Source of the DNA: a virus
Strand: one strand, 5' to 3'
Length of the DNA: 64,000 nt
Virus record (IMG/VR): IMGVR_UViG_3300029268_000010
Coordinates: 1-64,000 of that record
Both the position numbers and the translations under genes were made by a program. Each line of letters starts with the position of its first letter. Position 1 is the first letter of the stretch. Positions 1-10,872 of this stretch are shown here, piece after piece. Below the pieces are notes generated by a model. It made no database searches. It saw only the letters and a program-made list of their open reading frames with translations, and was not told where the DNA came from.

Positions 1-174
1 ACATATATATCTTAAACTCCAAACTCCCTTAACATTATCCCTTTCCCCTTATATCTTTATTATATTACTATAAACACCTATATATCATAAATACTACATT
101 ACCTTATACACACATACGCTTACATAACCCAATTAACCCCATAGGTCTGTCCATATATGTGTGCATAGGGCAAT

Positions 175-202
175 AAAAAAAAGGGTTAATTGCTTAACCC
201 TT
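175..202 (-). terminator. Rho-independent terminator downstream of the minus-strand ORF 219..617
   Basis: Perfect 9-bp stem AAGGGTTAA(181-189)/TTAACCCTT(194-202) with a 4-nt loop; the A-run at 175-182 is a U-tract on the minus strand. Confidence 0.8.
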
Positions 203-218
203 ATTAAATTACAGTTGA

Positions 219-617
219 TTAGTGAACGGTAAATTCAGCACCTGTCCACGAGGTTACAGCCGTACCTGTACACAGTTTTTGACGGTCTGATTCTTTGACA
301 ACGATTTCACCTAAATCACCGCACATAATCATTGTACCTTTCTTTCCTTCGGGATTAATCCTGAAGAACGGATTGCCATTAGACGACATCTTGGCAATGA
401 TTTGAGTAGGTTTCATTGCCCACGGTTCTGCTTCTTCTAACCAACCGATACGCTTACTTGGAACTTCGAACAGGTCAATAGATAACTCAATATCCTTTGC
501 CTTTGCACGTTTGCCTTTAATAGCAATTGCTTTAAAACTATCAACATAACTTGCATAGTTATTGTTGAATTTCGTTCTTAATTCCGCATCAGCGAAAAAA
601 TCATTTTCATTTTTCAT
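219..617 (-). CDS. Hypothetical protein (132 aa), the only convincing minus-strand gene
   Basis: ATG start after an AT-rich leader, protein-like composition, followed by a terminator. Confidence 0.75.
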   Translation of the reverse strand: MKNENDFFADAELRTKFNNNYASYVDSFKAIAIKGKRAKAKDIELSIDLFEVPSKRIGWLEEAEPWAMKPTQIIAKMSSNGNPFFRINPEGKKGTMIMCGDLGEIVVKESDRQKLCTGTAVTSWTGAEFTVH

Positions 618-659
618 AATTTTGTTTTGTTTAATTAATAATTAATTTAACTATCGTAA

Positions 660-765
660 ACCTATCGGGGGGTTGTAGGGGGATGGTTGTACTAGTGTGT
701 GTACAATACCTACGGGGGGTGATATTAAAGGGGTACGGGGGGTATTTGGTATGGGTATGGGGGTA
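660..765. other. G-tract-rich intergenic element between divergent genes (candidate packaging/origin/G-quadruplex region)
   Basis: Seven runs of 3-6 G between 667 and 763; inverted repeat TTGTAC(687-692)/GTACAA(701-706). Confidence 0.45.
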
Positions 766-950
766 AGGTGTCCACAGGTTGTGGATGGGTGAAGTCTCGA
801 CGTATTGTCGGTAGATGAGCGCGCGGGGTTGTTATAATACAGAAATGTTGTCTCCAGCCGGGGATTTCCATACATTTATGTTGTGTTTCTGTTAATAAGT
901 GGGTTAATAAGTTTAGGTAATGGGTATTGAGGTGGATATAACAAATATGT

Positions 951-958
951 TAACTTTG
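951..958 (+). promoter_or_regulatory. Bacteroidota-type -7 promoter element (TAnnTTTG)
   Basis: TAACTTTG about 20 nt upstream of the in-frame ATG at 980; no clear -33 TTTG. Confidence 0.45.
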
Positions 959-979
959 TCCAGGGAAAAACATACATTT

Positions 980-1234
980 ATGATAGTTTATATAATTGAG
1001 AGGGGATGTGAGGAGCCGGTAGGGTGTAGGTTCATGAGCGACGTATCGGAGGTATTGGGGGTAAGTGAGGTGACGGTAGCCAGGTGGTTTAAGGTAGGGT
1101 GGAGGTACCGGTGCAATGATTATGATGTCAAGAAGGTGGTGATGTACGAGAGGAAGGTTGACAAGAATGATCTGGTGAGTACGAGGCCTATAAAGATAAA
1201 GGTAAACAAGACTGACATATTCGATGTATCATGA
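980..1234 (+). CDS. Small HTH DNA-binding protein (track start 920; ATG 980 preferred)
   Basis: HTH-like segment SDVSEVLGVSEVTVARWFK. Confidence 0.6.
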   Translation: MIVYIIERGCEEPVGCRFMSDVSEVLGVSEVTVARWFKVGWRYRCNDYDVKKVVMYERKVDKNDLVSTRPIKIKVNKTDIFDVS

Positions 1235-1473
1235 AAAAGACGATAGTATATAATCTGGAGAATGTACCTATGGGGGTGTCGCTGGCGACGATCCTTATGA
1301 CCTATGAGAAGACGGGGATATTGTTTTATAGCGGGAGGTCTTATAATGGGAAGAAGATTGACTGCCGGCCGTATCTCCTTGACAAGGGAAAAGGTAAGGG
1401 GAAGATATTGATAGATGTCAGCAGCGAGAAGGGCAAGAAGAAATATGAAGAAATCCTAAAAGACATACGATGA
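1231..1473 (+). CDS. Hypothetical protein (80 aa)
   Basis: ATGA overlaps with both neighbours (translational coupling). Confidence 0.7.
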   Translation: MKKTIVYNLENVPMGVSLATILMTYEKTGILFYSGRSYNGKKIDCRPYLLDKGKGKGKILIDVSSEKGKKKYEEILKDIR

Positions 1474-1799
1474 AAAGCATAGAAGAAAACCTGAAGTTGC
1501 TGAAGAACTTCATAGACAAGGTGGAACTATTGCGCAGGCACCAGAAGGCATGGTTCAAGGACAAGGGGAAGGATGATCTCAGGGCATCCATGGCTTTTGA
1601 AGCAGAGGTAGACAAGCTGATGGATACTGTCAAGGCATCGATCCCGGAGTTGCAGCTGGCGGTGGGCGGCGAGACCTTCAGGGTAGAGCATTTTCCTCCT
1701 GATGAAAATATAGGGGCAGCGAAGCCTTATCCGGAGCCCGGGGGTGTCAATGTGGTAGAGGAACCATGGAAAGAAACATTCGATGATCTTCCATTCTGA
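1470..1799 (+). CDS. Hypothetical helical protein ending in an SSB-like acidic tail (DDLPF)
   Basis: ATGA coupling; N-terminal helical hairpin (LRRHQKAWFK...ASMAFEAEVD); C-terminus FDDLPF. Confidence 0.7.
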   Translation: MKSIEENLKLLKNFIDKVELLRRHQKAWFKDKGKDDLRASMAFEAEVDKLMDTVKASIPELQLAVGGETFRVEHFPPDENIGAAKPYPEPGGVNVVEEPWKETFDDLPF

Positions 1800-1805
1800 T
1801 GTGAA

Positions 1806-1881
1806 GGGGATATAGCTCAGTAGGTAGAGCGGCACCCTGTTAAGGTGTTGGTTGTAGGTTCGAATCCTTCTATCCCCGCCA
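1806..1881 (+). tRNA. tRNA-Asn (anticodon GUU), CCA encoded
   Basis: Acceptor GGGGATA/TATCCCC, D arm GCTC/GAGC, anticodon arm GCACC-CT GTT AA-GGTGT, T arm GTAGG-TTCGAAT-CCTTC (one mismatch), discriminator G then CCA. Confidence 0.93.
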
Positions 1882-1900
1882 ATATAAAAAAGGAGTAATT

Positions 1901-2107
1901 ATGAAAAAACATGAAAGCAAGTTTACCTTCGGAGATCTTGTAGGACACAAGACCAATCCAACCATCAAAGGAATCATTACCAAGATCACGTTCTCTCAGG
2001 CGAATGTGGAATACAATATTTCCTGGAATAACGGCCAGACAGACTGGAGGACAGAAATAGAACTGGAGACATGGAAAGAACAAAAATGTACGGGTTTCAA
2101 AAAATAG
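1901..2107 (+). CDS. Small SH3/KOW-like beta-barrel protein
   Basis: SKFTFGDLVGHK...KGIITKITF...YNISW pattern; AAGGAG just upstream. Confidence 0.65.
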   Translation: MKKHESKFTFGDLVGHKTNPTIKGIITKITFSQANVEYNISWNNGQTDWRTEIELETWKEQKCTGFKK

Positions 2108-2118
2108 TATATTTGCAT

Positions 2119-2349
2119 ATGGATTCATTTCTGACTTACGAAGATCTCAAAGTGGTAATTTATTTTACCAAGGAATACGGAAAATATGGTCCGATGAATG
2201 ATATCTTTCTTACTAAGTTTCAGTTTGAGCTCTTGAATACATTTTTAAAAAAAGCATATCACATCAACGAATATGGATATATGGTTCATCTTGACTTATC
2301 CATGACAGAACAAGATATTTACAGAGAAAAAGAAATTTGTTTAAACTAA
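2119..2349 (+). CDS. Hypothetical protein (track start 2071; ATG 2119 preferred)
   Basis: Fills the gap between neighbours; the later ATG avoids overlap. Confidence 0.55.
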   Translation: MDSFLTYEDLKVVIYFTKEYGKYGPMNDIFLTKFQFELLNTFLKKAYHINEYGYMVHLDLSMTEQDIYREKEICLN

Positions 2350-2933
2350 TAAGAGACACTATGAACAATAAAGATTCACAAGGAAAAGACAATATGTTCT
2401 TTAATAAGGACACAGAAAAGATCAAACGGCCGTTAGCTCAGCAGATGAATAATTATGGGGCACCGGCTATTCTCTCAGCGACAGAGGAACAGTTGAAGTT
2501 GCAGTTGCCGGATATGGTAGAGATGCCTATCAACGAATTTGTTCTTCCGGATATTACGGAAGCGTTGACGAAAGACAGAGTTATTATAGCTCCTATTGCT
2601 ATTATGCCTACTGAGAAATCAGGACTTGTTGATCCGGGAGGAAAACAAATACGTAATGGATTTTTTATCAATCATCCATATCAGGGTATTGTTGTTGCCA
2701 TAGGTCCAGGCATTGGCGCTGAAAAAATAGAAGATGTAAAAGTTGGTGACCTTGTTTTTCTTGAATCTATTCCTACGCAATGGCATATGTACAACCTATT
2801 TATTATCAATGGTTATACTTATTTCCTCACACGCTATTCTAATATTATTGGCATTGCTTCCAAGATACATGTTAATAACTCAGTTGATAAAAAGATCTAT
2901 CTTACGAAGACGTATGTAGATTTCAGCCAGTAA
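2337..2933 (+). CDS. GroES/Cpn10-like co-chaperonin with N-terminal extension
   Basis: Cpn10 motifs DRVIIAP, TEKSGLV (mobile loop), QGIVVAIGPG, VKVGDLV, INGYTYFLTRYSNIIG. Confidence 0.8.
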   Translation: MFKLIRDTMNNKDSQGKDNMFFNKDTEKIKRPLAQQMNNYGAPAILSATEEQLKLQLPDMVEMPINEFVLPDITEALTKDRVIIAPIAIMPTEKSGLVDPGGKQIRNGFFINHPYQGIVVAIGPGIGAEKIEDVKVGDLVFLESIPTQWHMYNLFIINGYTYFLTRYSNIIGIASKIHVNNSVDKKIYLTKTYVDFSQ

Positions 2934-2955
2934 CTTTGATACGACAATTTCAGAT

Positions 2956-3036
2956 ATGACTTGTATAAAGAAAAGACGGAAACTGAATACACGAAGCAAA
3001 GGCCGAAGACGGAAAAAGCCGTGTAGTAAGTGTTAG
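2956..3036 (+). CDS. Putative 26-aa basic peptide MTCIKKRRKLNTRSKGRRRKKPCSKC (not in ORF track)
   Basis: Translated by hand; TAACTTTG at 2931-2938 upstream and a terminator at 3064-3090 downstream. Confidence 0.45.
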   Translation: MTCIKKRRKLNTRSKGRRRKKPCSKC

Positions 3037-3063
3037 GATTGCATTTTCCATTTTTTATTTTGG

Positions 3064-3090
3064 AGTCCTCCTTGTTTGAGGACTTTTTTT
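3064..3090 (+). terminator. Rho-independent terminator
   Basis: AGTCCTC-cttgttt-GAGGACT followed by a T-run. Confidence 0.8.
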
Positions 3091-3091
3091 A

Positions 3092-3124
3092 TTTGCACAA
3101 TTGATTTTTAATTTTGTATATTTG
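3092..3124 (+). promoter_or_regulatory. Bacteroidota primary-sigma promoter (-33 TTTG / -7 TAnnTTTG)
   Basis: TTTG 3092-3095, 21-nt spacer, TATATTTG 3117-3124, directly after a terminator and ahead of ATG 3144. Confidence 0.75.
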
Positions 3125-3143
3125 TCGAAAGATAAAGATCAAG

Positions 3144-3467
3144 ATGAAAGGACATCATTTCAAAGAAGGTGAAGAAGTAGCTCATAAAGAAATGCTGGCT
3201 CACAAGATGATCGTAAGAAAGATAGTAAGAAAAGTTGTTACGATCCCTGGCACTCAGAAAACGATGGACAAGTTCATTGGTCTGGAATGTGCCTGGTGGA
3301 ATGAACAAAAGAAATATGTTAAACAGATCTTTCACTCCCGCGAACTCGTTCCATGGGATATCGCATTAAAAGGGAGAGAAGAAGTAGTCAAATTTCTAAC
3401 TGGCGAAGCCGGAAGTAATGGCGACAACACACTCCCACGATCCGTACAACTCGAATCTGAGAAGTGA
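3144..3467 (+). CDS. DUF2158/YodC-like small beta-barrel protein (track start 3114; ATG 3144 preferred)
   Basis: FKEGEEVAHK...KMIV...LECAWWN...QIFHSRELV pattern. Confidence 0.6.
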   Translation: MKGHHFKEGEEVAHKEMLAHKMIVRKIVRKVVTIPGTQKTMDKFIGLECAWWNEQKKYVKQIFHSRELVPWDIALKGREEVVKFLTGEAGSNGDNTLPRSVQLESEK

Positions 3468-4047
3468 TACAAGGGTAAAACCTCTTGTTCTCACGCGTGC
3501 CGGACAGATCCCGACACTTCCTAATCCATTACAACTAAAGATAGGTCAGGGTAACTGGAGACTTACTGATCTTGCCGACGGAGAATATGCCATAAATAAT
3601 GTTGATGATCTTTTCTTCTGGCGGTCCGGTGACCAGATCCTCACATTAAATATTGCCCATCAACATCTCCGGCTCCATGCACTTAATTCTACTTTAGATC
3701 ATACCTCCACAATAGTTACCGGTCATATGATGGATGCCGATGCCAACGGACTTCCTCATGATAGTGGACTTGCAACAGCAACGATACTTGCCTCATTGGT
3801 TATTACCGGAAAGATTCGCACAGGAAGATTAACTTTGCAGGCTGGTATTCCTTATGTAGAAGTTTTTACGGTAGGAGGTGTACCAACTCCATTGACAGCT
3901 AACTGGATATTTGTAGGAAGTCCTTATGCAATTAATGACAGACCATCAAAGGTAGATCCGGTTATCACTGCAAGGATAGCAGCAGGGTTTACGGCAACAA
4001 CAGTAAGAGATACAGTAATGGAATATACAGCAATCGATTTGATATGA
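3418..4047 (+). CDS. Probable virion fibre/adaptor protein
   Basis: LADGEYAINNVDDLFF motif resembles N-terminal attachment modules of phage fibres; Thr/Ala/Gly-rich beta C-terminus. Confidence 0.5.
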   Translation: MATTHSHDPYNSNLRSDTRVKPLVLTRAGQIPTLPNPLQLKIGQGNWRLTDLADGEYAINNVDDLFFWRSGDQILTLNIAHQHLRLHALNSTLDHTSTIVTGHMMDADANGLPHDSGLATATILASLVITGKIRTGRLTLQAGIPYVEVFTVGGVPTPLTANWIFVGSPYAINDRPSKVDPVITARIAAGFTATTVRDTVMEYTAIDLI

Positions 4048-4093
4048 AAAAACTTATAGCAATAGTATTCTTAATTTTTCTCTGCAATAACTT

Positions 4094-4097
<4 letters not shown>
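4044..4097 (+). pseudogene. Orphan signal-peptide mini-ORF MKKLIAIVFLIFLCNNL (probable remnant of the original fibre 5' end)
   Basis: 17 codons, ATGA-coupled at both ends; resembles the N-terminus [13 protein letters not shown] of the gene after the endonuclease. Confidence 0.55.
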
Positions 4098-7632
<3,535 letters not shown>

Positions 7633-7649
7633 TTCTAAAAACTAACAAT

Positions 7650-8270
7650 ATGAAAACAAAGACAACAAACTATGTAATGTTCGCAGTAGGAATTATAGGA
7701 ATACTTATTCTTATGATAACTGCTTCTTTTGGTCAGACTATTGACAAGCCAGTAATGAAAACCATAACCATTGATACTATGCAAAAGGTTGTTGTACCAA
7801 AAGCAGAAGTAGAATCACTAAAAGTTGTTGCTGATACCTCCGCAAAGGTTATCGAAGCTCAGAGCGATACTATTGCAGCACAACAGGAGGAAATAGCAAA
7901 ATTCAAAGATTATTTTTTTAATACCTTTTGGGGTGGAGTAAATCCTTATCTTTACTATACTGCTTTTATCTTTGCTTTTATGGCAGCGTTCTTTGTAATG
8001 TTGTTCCAGGTATATCATGGAATAGAAAATAAAGAGAATGGAACACCAACGGAATTTTCTTGGAAGATAGTATTCGGATGGAAGAGTGTATTAAAGTTTC
8101 TTGTAGCTTTTGTCCTTTCGGTATTTACTATTTATTATTCACTTTATTTTATGCCTTTCCTTGGTTATACTGGTGGTATAACAATGTTGTATGCTTCTAT
8201 TGTAGGTGCTAACTGGAAGATATTTGCAGGGAAGATAATTAACTTATTTAAACCAAAAGAAAAAGCCTAA
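7650..8270 (+). CDS. Membrane protein in the lysis cassette (holin/antiholin-like)
   Basis: N-terminal signal/TM segment, short coiled region, about three further hydrophobic helices; upstream of the endolysin. Confidence 0.55.
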   Translation: MKTKTTNYVMFAVGIIGILILMITASFGQTIDKPVMKTITIDTMQKVVVPKAEVESLKVVADTSAKVIEAQSDTIAAQQEEIAKFKDYFFNTFWGGVNPYLYYTAFIFAFMAAFFVMLFQVYHGIENKENGTPTEFSWKIVFGWKSVLKFLVAFVLSVFTIYYSLYFMPFLGYTGGITMLYASIVGANWKIFAGKIINLFKPKEKA

Positions 8271-8289
8271 GCCTATAATATTACAGGAT

Positions 8290-8547
8290 ATGGAAACATT
8301 AACTGTTAAAAACAAAAAAACCATGATTGATAATTTAATAGTATTTCTCGGACATAAACCATTCTATGGTTTTCTTGTATCTGCCTGTACTTTTGTTCTT
8401 GGCTGGATTCCTCCTATTGATGAAACAATGCAACATTTCTGGTTATTCATTTTTCAAATGTTTGCATTTATATCTACTGTAATTGTAGCAGTATTTACAG
8501 TTTGCTCAATAGTTCATCGGTGGAATGAAAAAAAGAAAAAGAAATGA
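8290..8547 (+). CDS. Putative holin (2 TM, basic C-terminus)
   Basis: Two hydrophobic helices, ends in EKKKKK, ATGA-coupled to the endolysin. Confidence 0.65.
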   Translation: METLTVKNKKTMIDNLIVFLGHKPFYGFLVSACTFVLGWIPPIDETMQHFWLFIFQMFAFISTVIVAVFTVCSIVHRWNEKKKKK

Positions 8548-9236
8548 TAGTACAGAAGATCATTGACAAGGTAATTGAGAAACTTAAAAAAAAGAAACCT
8601 ATGTTCTCCGAGTATCAAATGGTAAAACAATCAGTCCTTAAAAAAGGATATGTATGGAGAGAGCGTGGTGACTATGATGTTAATCTTATCTTTGTCCGTA
8701 TGTCGGATCATGTATCAAATATGATGGATGATAAGTGTTATATCAGTTATATGGCATTGGGAGTTGAATACTGCATACTTGTAGACTCCAATACTAAACC
8801 GGCACTCTACGGAGCTTTATATAATCCTGTAACAGTTAATGGAGTCACCGGTACTGCCTGCCTTATTCCTCAGCAAGTCCTTGAAGCACACAAATACATT
8901 AATAATCTCTGGAATGACACTTACAATCCATGGACACAACCTTACTTCCTTCAGATGCAACCATTGAAGATATGGAGGGATAACAACAGGAATGATATCA
9001 TAGATCATATGCAGGAAGAAGATGGGCCGGTATCTGACGGACTTTGTATTCATATTCAGGAAGAACCTCTCAGCGCCCCGGGAAAGAAACCTTGGAGTCT
9101 TGGTTGTGTAGGACTGCATAAACAGGATTTCAAAGATCAACTTGATCCTATAATGAAGAAAAGGGTTGCTGCCTATGGATTGCTAAATGACTTTACATTA
9201 CTTGAAAATTCCGACCTTTTAATACCTATAGAATAA
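8544..9236 (+). CDS. Putative endolysin with a YkuD/L,D-transpeptidase-like His-Cys motif
   Basis: GLCIH-x13-WSLGCV, plus WRDNNRND and GTACL motifs; sits between holin-like and spanin-like genes. Confidence 0.6.
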   Translation: MIVQKIIDKVIEKLKKKKPMFSEYQMVKQSVLKKGYVWRERGDYDVNLIFVRMSDHVSNMMDDKCYISYMALGVEYCILVDSNTKPALYGALYNPVTVNGVTGTACLIPQQVLEAHKYINNLWNDTYNPWTQPYFLQMQPLKIWRDNNRNDIIDHMQEEDGPVSDGLCIHIQEEPLSAPGKKPWSLGCVGLHKQDFKDQLDPIMKKRVAAYGLLNDFTLLENSDLLIPIE

Positions 9237-9421
9237 TGGAAAAAAAATTAACCATATCTCAGGAAAAAGCAGTTGTGATTGATATCTATCATCATAAGGA
9301 ACAGATAAAAGCTATGGCAAGTCAAACAATTCGACAGTCAAAGAAAACCAATCGGGTTAAGATTAACGAAGCAGTTTGTAATGAAATAATACGGTTATCA
9401 CAATTAATAATCATAGAATGA
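9236..9421 (+). CDS. Hypothetical protein (61 aa)
   Basis: Coupled to both neighbours by overlapping stop/start. Confidence 0.55.
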   Translation: MEKKLTISQEKAVVIDIYHHKEQIKAMASQTIRQSKKTNRVKINEAVCNEIIRLSQLIIIE

Positions 9422-10029
9422 CACAAATTATCTGGAAGTTCATAGTAAAACACAAGTTATGGGTGATCATAGGAATATTGGTTGCCATAATATTCCTTCA
9501 ACGTTCATGCCAACATTGTGATCCTTGTCCTGAAGCAAAGACTGATACGGTTACAATAGTGAAATATGATACTGTAGAAAGAATAATCTATGTAGAGAAA
9601 CCTGTACCCTATCAGATCATCATTCCAGGCCCTACACAAATAGACTCAGCAAAATGCCAACTTCTCTACCGGCTTTACAATTCAAAGAACATCTACCTTG
9701 ATACATTACTGAATGATACCTCGGCATTTATTTCTGTCAGAGATACAGTATTCCAGAATCAGTTAGGTTACAGGAAACTTTACTTCGTCAACAAACGTCC
9801 TACGATCATCCAGACAACTACAACTACAATAGTGGGAGATACTACCAAAAAGAGAAATAAAGTATTTATAGGACTTGCATTAGGTCGCTGGACGGAAGAA
9901 TTTACACTTGGACCATCATTGATGTTGGTAACAAAAAAAGATCGCGCATACTCACTTCAATATGATCCTTTTTACAAATGTGCATATGGAACTATTTATT
10001 GGAAAATTAAACTTAAAAATAGGAGATAA
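9418..10029 (+). CDS. Membrane-anchored periplasmic protein, putative spanin-like lysis component
   Basis: N-terminal TM, DTV-rich linker, C-terminal amphipathic beta strands ending YWKIKLK. Confidence 0.55.
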   Translation: MTQIIWKFIVKHKLWVIIGILVAIIFLQRSCQHCDPCPEAKTDTVTIVKYDTVERIIYVEKPVPYQIIIPGPTQIDSAKCQLLYRLYNSKNIYLDTLLNDTSAFISVRDTVFQNQLGYRKLYFVNKRPTIIQTTTTTIVGDTTKKRNKVFIGLALGRWTEEFTLGPSLMLVTKKDRAYSLQYDPFYKCAYGTIYWKIKLKNRR

Positions 10030-10293
10030 TTATTATGATACAGTTGATAATATTACAATTTGGAGAAGAACATGGTGATCAGGAAGATACCGATCGCAGA
10101 GATGAACCTACAAAAAGGACAAAGAAATCATCTCGCGCAACAACTATCTGTGGATGTAAAAAATTAAGTAAAAGGCGTTCCTACAGGGATATCCATGGTT
10201 TCAGTAAAGGTCGTAATGGCAGACAGTCATGGACTACTGAATGGAGAGATCGTAATGGAATACCAGAAGAAGGTCCACGTCAATAATTAGATT

Positions 10294-10872
10294 ATGCCTT
10301 TTGTAGAATTAATATCAGATAAAGTATCTTGGACGGAAGAAGGGTTAGCACAGAAAGAAGTGCTGGCCCTTAAGAAGTTTAAAGATAAGGATTTCTTACA
10401 GGATTTCGGAACCTATTTATATTGGGTTTACAAACCTTCCGGATTCTATGAGAATGAATTTCCTTCAACAAAAAAAGTTATGGTATGTGAACGACATATC
10501 AATAACAGGAAATGGGAAGAATTCGAAGATGTAAAAGAATGTAGAGAGATCATCAATCTTTATATAAAACTTTCTTATTCTCTTTCTGAAAGAGCATATA
10601 TGAAACTAAGATTGGATATCGAAGAATACTTCGATCATCTACATGCTATCCCCTGGGTAAAGAAATTAAAGGTTGAGGTCAATGTACCTATTGAGGACGG
10701 AACAATAACAGTTACTCAGAAGATCGTAGAGTTCAGTAATGCTGATGAAAAGTCAAAGACCATGAAACAGATGAATGATATCGTTGACTGGGAAGAAAAA
10801 CTAAAACTGAAGATCTTCAAAGAATCAAAAGGTAAAAAACACACTATCCGTTTATTTGACAGATCAGAATGA
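10294..10872 (+). CDS. Conserved-type protein upstream of TerL, candidate terminase small subunit
   Basis: Helical 192-aa protein ATGA-coupled to TerL; assignment by position only. Confidence 0.45.
   Translation: MPFVELISDKVSWTEEGLAQKEVLALKKFKDKDFLQDFGTYLYWVYKPSGFYENEFPSTKKVMVCERHINNRKWEEFEDVKECREIINLYIKLSYSLSERAYMKLRLDIEEYFDHLHAIPWVKKLKVEVNVPIEDGTITVTQKIVEFSNADEKSKTMKQMNDIVDWEEKLKLKIFKESKGKKHTIRLFDRSE

Noticed and set aside
651-875. Minus-strand 74-aa Pro/Thr-rich ORF
   Set aside because: By-product of the G tracts; low complexity
1817-2128. Minus-strand ORF of 103 aa
   Set aside because: Antisense to the tRNA and the 1901..2107 gene
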